Source: Synechocystis sp. PCC 6803 substr. PCC-P (GTDB lineage Bacteria > Cyanobacteriota > Cyanobacteriia > Cyanobacteriales > Microcystaceae). Taken from it: DNA of 32,000 nucleotides. Under the pieces are notes generated by a model, which was given only the letters and a program-made list of their open reading frames with translations, was not told the DNA's origin and did no database searches. This document shows, one piece after another, positions 18,901-27,421 of the stretch; within the stretch, counting starts at the first letter, position 1, and each line of letters starts with the position of its first letter. A program made the translations under genes and the position numbers. The stretch lies in assembly GCF_000284455.1 (NCBI RefSeq), contig NC_017039.1, forward strand, positions 1,050,001 to 1,082,000. Direction: 5' to 3'.

Positions 18901-19265
18901 TATCTGCACTGTACTGGGGCAAATTGAGCCCGTTCAATAATTTCTCGGATATTATCTACCCCTGTATTACTGGCCGCATCAATTTCAATTACGTCTAAAG
19001 CTGAACCGTTAGTAATAGCCCGACAGGTGGCACATTGGCCGCAGGGAGTGGCAGTAGGCCGATCGCCAGCGATGCAGTTTAAGGATTTGGCTAAAATTCG
19101 GGCTGAAGAAGTTTTTCCCGTTCCCCTGGGGCCCGTAAATAGGTAAGCAGGTACGATGCGCTCCTGTTCAATGGCATTGCTCAATGTGGCGGCGATCGCC
19201 GTTTGGCCCACCAAATCTGCAAAGGTCTGGGGGCGATATTTATGGTGCAGAGGTTCGTAGGCCAT
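15915..19265 (-). CDS. dnaX: DNA polymerase III subunits gamma/tau, intein-containing precursor (1116 aa; about 686 aa after removing a 430-aa intein)
   Basis: [32 protein letters not shown]...[22 protein letters not shown]...[10 protein letters not shown]...[17 protein letters not shown]...YKVYVIDE^...^[50 protein letters not shown]. Confidence 0.97.
   Translation of the reverse strand: [1116 protein letters not shown]
17589..18878 (-). mobile_element. intein in DnaX (430 aa), inserted in the Walker B/DExx motif
   Basis: Starts at Cys130 ([13 protein letters not shown], block A), block B [25 protein letters not shown], block F [19 protein letters not shown], block G LLVHN followed by Cys+1 (CHMLST). 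Boundaries computed from codon positions: Cys codon 18878-18876, Asn codon 17591-17589; 1290 bp = 430 codons. Confidence 0.97.
17680..18651 (-). CDS. LAGLIDADG-type homing endonuclease ORF (323 aa), nested in the intein in a different frame of the same strand
   Basis: ATG at 18651, TGA at 17682-17680; (19265-18651) mod 3 = 2, so not the dnaX frame. Motif 1 LGAEILGLIYGTLLGDGSIDYPN, motif 2 ITEEGMAWWYMDDGSLS, SKTYYYTK; N-terminal CECGCGQF...RRFVRGH and CQCGCGEKL...SHWRRH modules. TGA three codons upstream of the ATG in this frame. Confidence 0.9.
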   Translation of the reverse strand: MDESGKHHSRNEDTIPCECGCGQFIAKYGTDRKLRRFVRGHQLRGNQYGQKKYDLISILEEAEATRPFCQCGCGEKLDIPAFLQCKGREIKSIQSHWRRHPYKKSHGLWDLRTEKITSGSEPLGAEILGLIYGTLLGDGSIDYPNPHSRFPRLRWTHGTKQSEWMEYKAARLGCLSPKIRFTANKGYGESSICCQTRCSPNLIDVFSTVKPGGKRKQVSSEWLSHITEEGMAWWYMDDGSLSISESGSPSIQLHTEGFFPEENQLIAEWLTDRGYPTSAKSYRRSINSKTYYYTKMGAVATRKWLSDLEIYSIPAMAYKFRGS

Positions 19266-19432
19266 GGCAAGGTAACCGGGCGATCAACAGACAGGGGGAT
19301 TCTCAGCCTAACTCCAAAATGCAAAAAAAAGAGGTCAAGTTAACAGCCGGTGACGGGGGTGCTAAAGGCAAAGGGTAAGACGCTTAGAATGAAAGGGTCA
19401 GTGTTGATTTGTAAGACTAGAGGGCAATTCCG

Positions 19433-19864
19433 ATGACAGGCCCCGTTATTTTTCACCTCGCTATCCCCGTTAATGATATTGCGAAAACTAAGGAATTTTA
19501 CTGTGATCGCCTGGGGGCCAAGGCCGGCAGAGAAACCGATAAGGCAATAATTCTAGATTTCTACGGCCATCAGGTGGTGGCCCACATTACCCTGGAACCT
19601 TTAGTAAAACAACCGGGCATCTATCCCCGCCATTTTGGTTTAGTATTTCCTGTCGAAGCGGATTGGTTTGCTTTTTCTGAACAGGTGGAAGCGGCCGGAG
19701 TGCCCTATCATTTGCCGCCCAAGTTACGCTTTGCTGGAGAATTGACGGAACATCGCACTTTTTTCCTAGCTGACCCCTTCCATAACTATCTGGAATTCAA
19801 ATGGTATCGTCACCAGGAAGCAATTTTTGATCTGAAAGAGTTTCTGGCCATTGGCGATCGCTAG
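19433..19864 (+). CDS. VOC (glyoxalase/bleomycin-resistance/dioxygenase) family protein
   Basis: VIFHLAIPVNDIAKTKEFYCDRLGAKAGRETDKAIILDFYGHQVVAH...FFLADPFHNYLEFKWYR; metal-ligand H...H...E pattern. Confidence 0.9.
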   Translation: MTGPVIFHLAIPVNDIAKTKEFYCDRLGAKAGRETDKAIILDFYGHQVVAHITLEPLVKQPGIYPRHFGLVFPVEADWFAFSEQVEAAGVPYHLPPKLRFAGELTEHRTFFLADPFHNYLEFKWYRHQEAIFDLKEFLAIGDR

Positions 19865-19920
19865 TCAGACCAATCATCAGGCTAGCAATGTGGTTTGCTT
19901 GCACAACTGACCTAAAACCA

Positions 19921-21957
19921 TCAATTCTGGCGTGATCCGGGCCCTTCCGGTCTTGGTTGACCATCAATGTAGGTAGCTAAATCCCAGGCCTCTTGATCCG
20001 TCAACACTCCATCAAATTGATAGGGCATATTACCGTGGATAAATTCTGCCAAAGTATTAATCCTCGCCATCCCCGCTTGGCGATTGAAGGAATTGGGGCC
20101 CCATAGGGCTGGGCGATAATAGGTGTCACTGCCATAGCGACCCTGGCCCAACGCACCGTGGCAAAAAGCACATTTCTGCTCAAAAATTGCCTGGCCTTGA
20201 TTTGGATTCCCCGTCAGTTTGGCAATGGGGGGATAGGGGGTTTTGGGCAAATCGATGTTCAATACCTCTGCCTGTTCATCCAGCCACTGCATATAGCTGA
20301 TAAAAGCTTGGAAATCGGGACTATCGGCGGTAATGGTCAGAGGTTTGCCGTTGAGGCTATGTTCAAAACAAAGATTGATCCGTTTCTGTAAATTGATGGT
20401 TTCTGGATATTGATATTTTTTCATCATGCCAAACCAGGAAGATGCTTTCGGATTAGCCCCGGCATTGAGGTGACAACTAGCGCAATGAAGCTTGGCAGTG
20501 AGCACAAATTCTGGCATTTCCTCATAGGTTTCGGTCGTTAATTGATAGCCCCGCAGAATACTATTCCAATGCTGATTATCCCAAGCCGTTACCGGTTCAT
20601 CGGGGGGAGAAACAACTTGAGGATCAATTTGGGTCGGGAGGGCATCGGCAAAGGTAAAACTAAAATCCGCCGAAGCAAATTTTTTGACATTACTACTCCG
20701 GGCCATGGCGTGGCATCCCATACAGGAAGATGTCCCCTGGATATAGGTTTCCATGGTGGTATTGGCTAACAGGGCTGGTAGAACGTGAAAAACGGTGTCG
20801 GGGCTTTTATCCGCCGCTGATTTGGGGATAGCCCATTGAGCATTGATTAATTCATAATTGGCCCAAACGGAATCTTTTAACCCTGCTTGTACAAGGCGGT
20901 TAAGCTCGGCAACGTTATCCACTGCTTTGGTGGGTTGACTGCAATCCGGGTCTTGGTGGGGAATAGGAGTTCGGCGAGTGACTTGGTTGGGAACACCAAG
21001 AATGGTTTGTTTGTTGGTCAAGCAATTAACGCACCGATCGCCGTGGAAGGAGAAAACGGTATTGGCAGAACCACTGTGGTTTAAACCGGGGACATTATCC
21101 ACCTGTTCATAGGTGGACCAAATCCACTGGGGCGCACTGGGAGTTTTATACATAATGTGAAATCCCACCAAACCCATCTGTTGCAGTTGATATTTCCCTG
21201 TGGTTAAATCCTGCACATAGGCCGGTACATTGTGAAAACGGCCGGATTCCTCCGGGGTAATTTCCCGCCAAGCGGCCTTAATTAAAATGGAGCCATCAGG
21301 GGCATTAATTTCGGGTAAAAGAGCCTGTTGTTCTGGGTTGTAAAGTTTATTTTTCACCACATAATCAAACAACACCTTATTCATGCGAATTTCATAGCGC
21401 ACCACATTGCCCCACTGATCGGTCAAAGTTCCGGGCAATGCCCCATCAGCTTTGGTGGGTTGAAATTCATCATTGAGTACTTCATCCACCTTGCTTTGAC
21501 GAAATAAAATTTTCGTTCTTCCATCTCCTTTCAAACCATTGGGTAAAGGTTCATTACTATTCCATGGCTGCGGCACTGCGCCATTGGGCAAATAAACTTC
21601 GCTGGTTTCTTTCCAGGTTTCCCACACCCTTGGGCCGGGAGCATTGATGGCTAAATTTTTATCCGGCACTCCCCGATCGCCGTCGCCAACTATAGCGGGC
21701 CAGTTTAGGGCAATGAATTCTTGCCAAGCAAAGGTATCCACCGCCCGTTGGACAACATTGAAATTCTTTTGCTTGAGTTCCCCTTCCACGTCTGCCGGTA
21801 ACTGCCAACTGATGGCAAGGGGAGATAATTTGGCATTACAAACCCCAGGCAAAGTAATAGTAGCAACGGTTTTAGAGCTTACTGGAGTTACCAGGGAAAA
21901 AAACAGCACAAAAATAATCACAACTAGGGCATAGGCCGTAATTCTTCCTATTTTCAT
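19921..21957 (-). CDS. exported/membrane-anchored protein with three CxxCH heme-binding motifs (cytochrome-like, 678 aa)
   Basis: N-terminal hydrophobic segment ITAYALVVIIFVLFFSLVTPVSS; CMGCHA, CASCHLNAG, QAIFEQKCAFCHGALGQGRYG...LATYIDG (C-terminal cyt c domain). Confidence 0.88.
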   Translation of the reverse strand: MKIGRITAYALVVIIFVLFFSLVTPVSSKTVATITLPGVCNAKLSPLAISWQLPADVEGELKQKNFNVVQRAVDTFAWQEFIALNWPAIVGDGDRGVPDKNLAINAPGPRVWETWKETSEVYLPNGAVPQPWNSNEPLPNGLKGDGRTKILFRQSKVDEVLNDEFQPTKADGALPGTLTDQWGNVVRYEIRMNKVLFDYVVKNKLYNPEQQALLPEINAPDGSILIKAAWREITPEESGRFHNVPAYVQDLTTGKYQLQQMGLVGFHIMYKTPSAPQWIWSTYEQVDNVPGLNHSGSANTVFSFHGDRCVNCLTNKQTILGVPNQVTRRTPIPHQDPDCSQPTKAVDNVAELNRLVQAGLKDSVWANYELINAQWAIPKSAADKSPDTVFHVLPALLANTTMETYIQGTSSCMGCHAMARSSNVKKFASADFSFTFADALPTQIDPQVVSPPDEPVTAWDNQHWNSILRGYQLTTETYEEMPEFVLTAKLHCASCHLNAGANPKASSWFGMMKKYQYPETINLQKRINLCFEHSLNGKPLTITADSPDFQAFISYMQWLDEQAEVLNIDLPKTPYPPIAKLTGNPNQGQAIFEQKCAFCHGALGQGRYGSDTYYRPALWGPNSFNRQAGMARINTLAEFIHGNMPYQFDGVLTDQEAWDLATYIDGQPRPEGPGSRQN

Positions 21958-21988
21958 GCCATTATTCCCCCTTGGTAGTTATCAATAA

Positions 21989-23173
21989 TTATGGTTGGGT
22001 TGGTAGAGAAAAAATCGTGTCTTGCACTGGTAACTTTTTAGTTAATTCCGGCGAAATTTGGAAAGTATTCCCCAACACCGAGCTAGGATTGCTAGCTAAC
22101 CAAGTACTCAGATCAATACTTTGATAATCCCCATCATTGAAAACCACCACAATATCCAACGGCTTTTGGGAACTGTTGCGGATGGCATGGCCATAACCCT
22201 TGGGCACATAGCCCACATCTCCCTGCTGGAGACGACTAACGCTGGCTTTACCTTCGGAAGCAAAAACGGTTAAATCCATCTCCCCATCGAGCACATATTG
22301 CCACTCGTCCGCGTTGGGATGCCAATGGAGTTGACGCATGGCTCCCGGTTCTAAATGAATTAAAGCGCCGGTCATATTAAAACTGCCGGGAAATTCCTTG
22401 GCGCTGGCTAGCCTCAATTCGTTGCCACCCAGGGAAACTAGGGGTTGTTGCCCCAGGAGATTATGGGTGTGGGGAACTTCAATTTTGGCCGTTTGCCCCT
22501 GGGGAGTTGCGCTAGCCAAGGGGCCAGAAGCCGGGCCGTAGGAGGAAATGTAAACCTGTTTTTTGGGTAATTGGGCTACCTGGGCCGCCGTCCAACCTAA
22601 ATTTTCTTCCACCCAGGCGATCGGAGTGTGGGAAAGCCAATCAGTAACGCTAAAGGTTGCCCCTTCAGAAAAGGTGCCGTCGTTGAATACCAGCAAAAAT
22701 TTGGCAGTGTCGGGACCAATGCCCTCAATGCTGTGGCCCCAACCCCGGGGAAAATACCAAAGCCCTCCTTTGTCCACATCGGCAATTTCCACTTTGCCTT
22801 CGGGACTGGTGAGGGTAATCCGGGTTCTGCCTTCCATGACATAGGCCCATTCCGCCGCGTTGGCATGCCAATGTAATTCCCGAATCGCTCCGGGCTCCAA
22901 GCTCATATAAACCCCCGCCATCCCCTTGCTGACGGGAAAGTTATAGGTACCCACCTGTTTAGTGGTGCCGCCGTCGTAAAGCACTAGGGGAGTTTTGCTA
23001 AAGGCATAGGTAAAAGCTGGTAAATCCTTACCCCAAACCACGTTGGAGAGCGATCGCCATTGTTCACTTTGGGCAATGGTTGGAGTAAAAATCCCTAAAA
23101 AAGTTATCAGTAAAACACTCAATCCTACTAGTAAAAACCGCCGTCTCAACCATCCTATTACCGAGTTGACCAT
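21989..23173 (-). CDS. mncA: oxalate decarboxylase-like bicupin, manganese cupin A
   Basis: Tat-like signal (WLRRRFLLVGLSVLLITFLGIFTPTIA); cupin 1 ELHWHANAAEWAYVMEGRTRITL...GWGHSIEG, cupin 2 QLHWHPNADEWQYVLDGEMDLTVF...GYGHAIRN. Symbol from recalled identity with the Synechocystis periplasmic Mn cupin. Confidence 0.9.
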   Translation of the reverse strand: MVNSVIGWLRRRFLLVGLSVLLITFLGIFTPTIAQSEQWRSLSNVVWGKDLPAFTYAFSKTPLVLYDGGTTKQVGTYNFPVSKGMAGVYMSLEPGAIRELHWHANAAEWAYVMEGRTRITLTSPEGKVEIADVDKGGLWYFPRGWGHSIEGIGPDTAKFLLVFNDGTFSEGATFSVTDWLSHTPIAWVEENLGWTAAQVAQLPKKQVYISSYGPASGPLASATPQGQTAKIEVPHTHNLLGQQPLVSLGGNELRLASAKEFPGSFNMTGALIHLEPGAMRQLHWHPNADEWQYVLDGEMDLTVFASEGKASVSRLQQGDVGYVPKGYGHAIRNSSQKPLDIVVVFNDGDYQSIDLSTWLASNPSSVLGNTFQISPELTKKLPVQDTIFSLPTQP

Positions 23174-23334
23174 GGTGATACTGGAATAATCACAATCCAG
23201 TGATAAAAGGTGACGAAAGTTGTCTTTATCTGGACGGTAAACGAAGATTGAAGGGCCAGTAACAGTGTCTTAACAAAATGTAACTGATGCTCAGGACTGG
23301 GTTTTTACAGTGCAATAGAGGCAGGTTAAGGTAA

Positions 23335-25884
23335 CTATTTATTAGGAGAAATTAACAAACATTGACCATCGGGACAGAGGTCTTCTAATTCAATTACCAC
23401 GGGTTTGATAGCCCAGATGTCTTCGGCGTATTCCCGAATAGTGCGATCCGAGGAAAACTTACCCATGCGAGCCACATTTAAGATGGCCATGCGAGCCCAG
23501 TTTTCCTGATCTTTATAGGCTTCTCCCACTTGGTTTTGACAATCCACATAGGCTTGGAAATCGGCAAATACAAGGTATGGGTCTTGACCCAACAAGGAAT
23601 CCATTAAGGGGCGAAATAATGCTGTGTCACCATGGGAGAAAAAGCCAGAATTAATCAGATCTACCACAGCTTTTAAGTTGGCATTATTGTTGTAATATTC
23701 CCAAGGTTGATAGCCTTCCGCCAAGGTTTTTTCCACTTCTGGAGTGGTGAGGCCAAAGAGGAAAAAGTTTTCTGCCCCCACCTCTTCTCGAATTTCAATA
23801 TTTGCCCCGTCCAATGTGCCAATGGTTAAAGCTCCATTCATGGAAAATTTCATATTGCCGGTGCCGGAAGCTTCTTTGCCAGCGGTGGAAATTTGCTCGG
23901 AAAGATCAGCGGCGGGATAGACCCTTTGGCCAAATTTAACGTTATAGTCCGGCAAAAAGATAACTTTCAGGCGATCGCCAATGGTGGGGTCATTATTAAC
24001 TACATCTGCCACGGAGTTGATCAGCTTGATGATTAATTTAGCGGTAAAATAACCGGGGGCTGCTTTACCACCATAGATAAAAGTACGGGGTGTAACATCC
24101 AGATTAGGATTATTTTTAATCTGCAAATAAAGATGGATAACGTGGAGAATATTCAAATGTTGCCGTTTATATTCATGGATTCGTTTTACCTGCACATCAA
24201 ACAGGGAATCGGGATTAACCACTAAGTCAGTTCTGGTGTGGATATAGCGAGCTAAATCCTGCTTAACTTCCCGCTTAACTTTGCACCAATCCTGTCGGAA
24301 TCCAGCCAAATCAGCAAAGGGTTCCAGTTGTTTTAGCTCGTCTAAATTTTTAATCCAGCCATCACCAATGCGGGAAGAAATTAAGTTACTCAGGCGGGGA
24401 TTACTGAGCACCATCCAGCGCCGGGGGGTAACGCCGTTGGTTTTATTGCTAAATTTTTCTGGCCAAAGTTCGTAAAAGTCTTTAAGAATAGTCTCCTTCA
24501 CCAGTTGACTATGCAACGCCGCCACCCCATTAATGGCATGGGAACCCACCGTGGCCAGATAGGCCATCCGCACCGACTTTTCTCCTGCTTCGTCAATGAT
24601 GGATAACCGGGCCAGGCGATCGCCATCGTTGGGATATTTCATCCGTACTTGATCTAGGAAACGTTGGTTGATTTCGTAAATAATTTCCAAATGGCGGGGT
24701 AACATTTCGCCAAACAGGGGCAAAGACCATTTTTCCAATGCCTCCGGTAGCAAAGTGTGATTAGTAAAACCAAAGGTGGCTTCGGTAATGGCCCAAGCCC
24801 GTTGCCATTCATAGTGATGCTCATCCACCAACAGACGCATCAGTTCAGCCACCGCAATGGAAGGATGGGTGTCATTCATCTGCACCGCAAAATGTTCGTG
24901 GAAATTCTCCAGGGTGGGATTGTCCGACAGGTGAATGCGAATCATGTCCTGCAAAGAACAGGAAACAAAAAAGTATTGTTGCGCCAGCCGTAACTCTTTC
25001 CCCTGAATCTGTTCATCGTTGGGATAGAGCACTTTAGTGAGATTTTCCGAGGACATTTTGTCCTGCACTGCCCCGTAATAATCCCCCACATTAAACCGTT
25101 GAAAATCAAAGGATTCCGCCGCTTCCGATTTCCACAGGCGCAAATTATTGGCGGTGCTGACTTTGTAGCCCAAAATGGGAGTGTCATAGGGAATGCCTTT
25201 GACCAAACTGCCGGCAATCCAACGCACCCGATAATTACCTTGGTCATCGGTGTAGGGTTCCGTATGGCCCCCCAGTTTGACTAACACAGCGGATTCAGGA
25301 CGGGCAATTTCCCAAGGATTACCCAGTTGGAGCCATTTATCAGTGATTTCCACCTGCCAACCGTCTTTAATTTCCTGGTCAAAGATACCGAATTCGTAGC
25401 GGATGCCGTAGCCGATCGCCGGAATTTCCAACGTAGCCAGGGAATCCATAAAGCAGGCGGCCAAACGACCTAAACCACCGTTGCCCAACCCCGGTTCTTC
25501 TTCAATATCAATTAACTCATCCAAGCTCAACCCCGATTCTTCCACCGCCTGTTGCACCGGCTCCCATAGCCCTAAATTAATTAGGTTATTACCCAAATGG
25601 GGCCCCAGCAAATATTCCGCCGACAGATAGCACACCACCCGATTGTCACAGTTGAGATAGGTTTGGAATGTATTTAACCACCGTTGCAGGAGGCGATCGC
25701 GGATAGTGTAGGCCAGGGCCATATAACAATCGTTTTTAGTGGCAATGGCGGGAAATTTACCCTGGAGATAAAACAAATTGTCTGCCAAAGCCCGCTTGAG
25801 GGTTTCCACGCTCAGACCAGTGCGGTCATCCTCCACCTGAATGAGGGGATTGGTGGTGTTAAAAGCCATGGGAAGGTGCTCCAT
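23335..25884 (-). CDS. glgP: glycogen/starch phosphorylase (start may be the internal MAFNTT Met at 25869)
   Basis: YLSAEYLLGPHLGNNLINLG...EEPGLGNGGLGRLAACFMDSLATL...VQMNDTHPSIAVAELMR...VKRIHEYKRQHLN...EASGTGNMKFSMNGALTIGTLDGANIEI (PLP site). Confidence 0.97.
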   Translation of the reverse strand: MEHLPMAFNTTNPLIQVEDDRTGLSVETLKRALADNLFYLQGKFPAIATKNDCYMALAYTIRDRLLQRWLNTFQTYLNCDNRVVCYLSAEYLLGPHLGNNLINLGLWEPVQQAVEESGLSLDELIDIEEEPGLGNGGLGRLAACFMDSLATLEIPAIGYGIRYEFGIFDQEIKDGWQVEITDKWLQLGNPWEIARPESAVLVKLGGHTEPYTDDQGNYRVRWIAGSLVKGIPYDTPILGYKVSTANNLRLWKSEAAESFDFQRFNVGDYYGAVQDKMSSENLTKVLYPNDEQIQGKELRLAQQYFFVSCSLQDMIRIHLSDNPTLENFHEHFAVQMNDTHPSIAVAELMRLLVDEHHYEWQRAWAITEATFGFTNHTLLPEALEKWSLPLFGEMLPRHLEIIYEINQRFLDQVRMKYPNDGDRLARLSIIDEAGEKSVRMAYLATVGSHAINGVAALHSQLVKETILKDFYELWPEKFSNKTNGVTPRRWMVLSNPRLSNLISSRIGDGWIKNLDELKQLEPFADLAGFRQDWCKVKREVKQDLARYIHTRTDLVVNPDSLFDVQVKRIHEYKRQHLNILHVIHLYLQIKNNPNLDVTPRTFIYGGKAAPGYFTAKLIIKLINSVADVVNNDPTIGDRLKVIFLPDYNVKFGQRVYPAADLSEQISTAGKEASGTGNMKFSMNGALTIGTLDGANIEIREEVGAENFFLFGLTTPEVEKTLAEGYQPWEYYNNNANLKAVVDLINSGFFSHGDTALFRPLMDSLLGQDPYLVFADFQAYVDCQNQVGEAYKDQENWARMAILNVARMGKFSSDRTIREYAEDIWAIKPVVIELEDLCPDGQCLLISPNK

Positions 25885-26070
25885 TAATGCTGTGCCTTTC
25901 CCTTATAGTGTCGGACCAGAATTAAAATTTGGTTACCATTGCTAACTTTTGTATGACTTCTTAACAAAACACCGAAAAAATAACAAACCGCTAGGTTGCA
26001 GAGATACAGGTTCTATCCCAAACGGTGACCCCTTAAAATGGGGAATAAGTAGGCTAAATCCTAAGTAATT

Positions 26071-26709
26071 ATGGCGACAACAGCGGATGAAGTGTGGCAA
26101 CTCCTGGGAGAGCTAGTCCAAGTCCAGAAGGAACAAAGAGAAGAATCGGCACGAATGCGTCAAGAGGCTGATCGCCGTTCTCAGCAAATGGATCGCCGGT
26201 TTTAAAAACAACGGGAGGAGTCAGAGCGAAGATTTCGAGAAACAGAGCGTTTGCTGAAAGAACAAAGCCAACGGGTAGATGAACAAATAGGAAAATTGGG
26301 CAACCGGCTCGGGGAATTTGTGGAATCCCAGGTGCGGCCGGCGGCGGTGCGATTATTTCGAGAATGGGGCATTGATGTCCAAGAAATTTCCTCTGATGTA
26401 TCTCTTCAGACCAGTCAAGATGGCATTGAAATTGATATTTTGGTGGTGAATGGCACAGAGGCGATCGCCATTGAGGTGAAAAGTAAATTAAGCCAGGATG
26501 ATGTGGATGAACACCTGGAAAGATTGGGTAAATTTAAGCGACTTTTGCCCCGTTATCAAAATTTTAATCTTCTTGGGGCAGTGGCAGCCATGGTTATTCC
26601 GGGTGATGTGGCTCGCTATGCCTATAAAAAAGGGTTATTTGTAATTGCCCAATCGGGGGAAGATTTGGTCATTCTTAATGATGAGAAATTTAAACCCAAG
26701 GCCTGGTAA
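26071..26709 (+). pseudogene. coiled-coil plus PD-(D/E)XK nuclease-like (DUF3782-type) gene interrupted by one in-frame TAA at 26203-26205; 3' ORF open 26206..26709
   Basis: Frame 1 from ATG 26071: MATTADEVWQLLGELVQVQKEQREESARMRQEADRRSQQMDRRF*KQREESERRFRETERLLKEQSQRVDEQIGKLGNRLGEFVESQVRPAAVRLFREWGIDVQEISSD...GIEIDILVVNGTEAIAIEVKSKL. The reading frame continues on both sides of the stop. Confidence 0.75.
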
Positions 26710-26728
26710 AACACCCAAATTTTCATCG

Positions 26729-27298
26729 TTAGCGTTGTCGGGTCATGGCCATTACGTCATTAACAGTCAAAGTCAAAAGATTGTCTAACGTGGGTGGATT
26801 TTCCAGTCCCTGATAAATTAAAGGTAACGATTCCTGATTCCAAACCCAGATTTGTTGACGATAAATATCAATGAGCCAAGCGAGTTTTGTCCCATTAGTC
26901 AAACAATGCAGAATTTTGGTTTGCAGGCTAAGAATATTTTGATCGGGGGACAGAATTTCGATTAACCAGTCCGGCGCTCCCTTCAATGGCCCGTCTTCCT
27001 CCGCCAGGAGATTGCTTTTTACAACGGCAATGTCAGGTACGGGGGAAAATGGGGGCACAATACAGCGCAATTCCTGAATGGCCTCATAATCCCTGGTTTG
27101 TGCATTAATGACGTTGACCAGATTACGCTGTAGGCGGGAATGAAACAACGTCGGCATGGGTTTCTGCTGGGCCTGCCCCCGGATAAATTCCCAGGCTGGG
27201 GAAGCCTCAATTTCTGCGCGTTGTAGAAACAGATCGAGATTGTCAGTGAGCAGAGGTGACTGCATTATCTGCACAGCCCAAGGGAATAGGTACTCCAA
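26729..27298 (-). CDS. Uma2-family (DUF820) endonuclease-like protein
   Basis: ELRCIVPPFSPVPDIAVVKSNLLAEEDGPLKGAPDWLIEILSPDQNILSLQTKILHCLTNGTKLAWLIDIYRQQIWVW; PD-(D/E)XK core of Uma2. True start uncertain. Confidence 0.82.
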   Translation of the reverse strand: MEYLFPWAVQIMQSPLLTDNLDLFLQRAEIEASPAWEFIRGQAQQKPMPTLFHSRLQRNLVNVINAQTRDYEAIQELRCIVPPFSPVPDIAVVKSNLLAEEDGPLKGAPDWLIEILSPDQNILSLQTKILHCLTNGTKLAWLIDIYRQQIWVWNQESLPLIYQGLENPPTLDNLLTLTVNDVMAMTRQR

Positions 27299-27421
27299 AT
27301 AAACTTAGTATAATCTCCCCCCAAAAGAATGCCTAGACAGACTTTTTCTGCTTAGCAATAAATTCAGCGAGTTTGGCTTGATTGCGTTTTTTCTTCCACC
27401 AAAGTCCTCGGTCAGTTCATC

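Noticed and set aside
18334-18940. Plus-strand ORFs opposite the intein (18334..18525, 18526..18792, 18719..18940)
   Set aside because: Short, no motif, and opposite a region already coding in two frames on the minus strand; unlike the 323-aa ORF they show no protein family signature.
24281-25887. Plus-strand ORFs opposite glgP (24281, 24757, 25099, 25684)
   Set aside because: All short antisense reading frames over a strongly supported GlgP coding region, no motifs.
27330-27420. Short minus-strand segment (DRGLWWKKKRNQAKLAEFIAKQKKSV*) downstream of the DUF2442-like gene
   Set aside because: Looks like a possible gene remnant but is under 30 codons with no recognisable family; too little to call a pseudogene.
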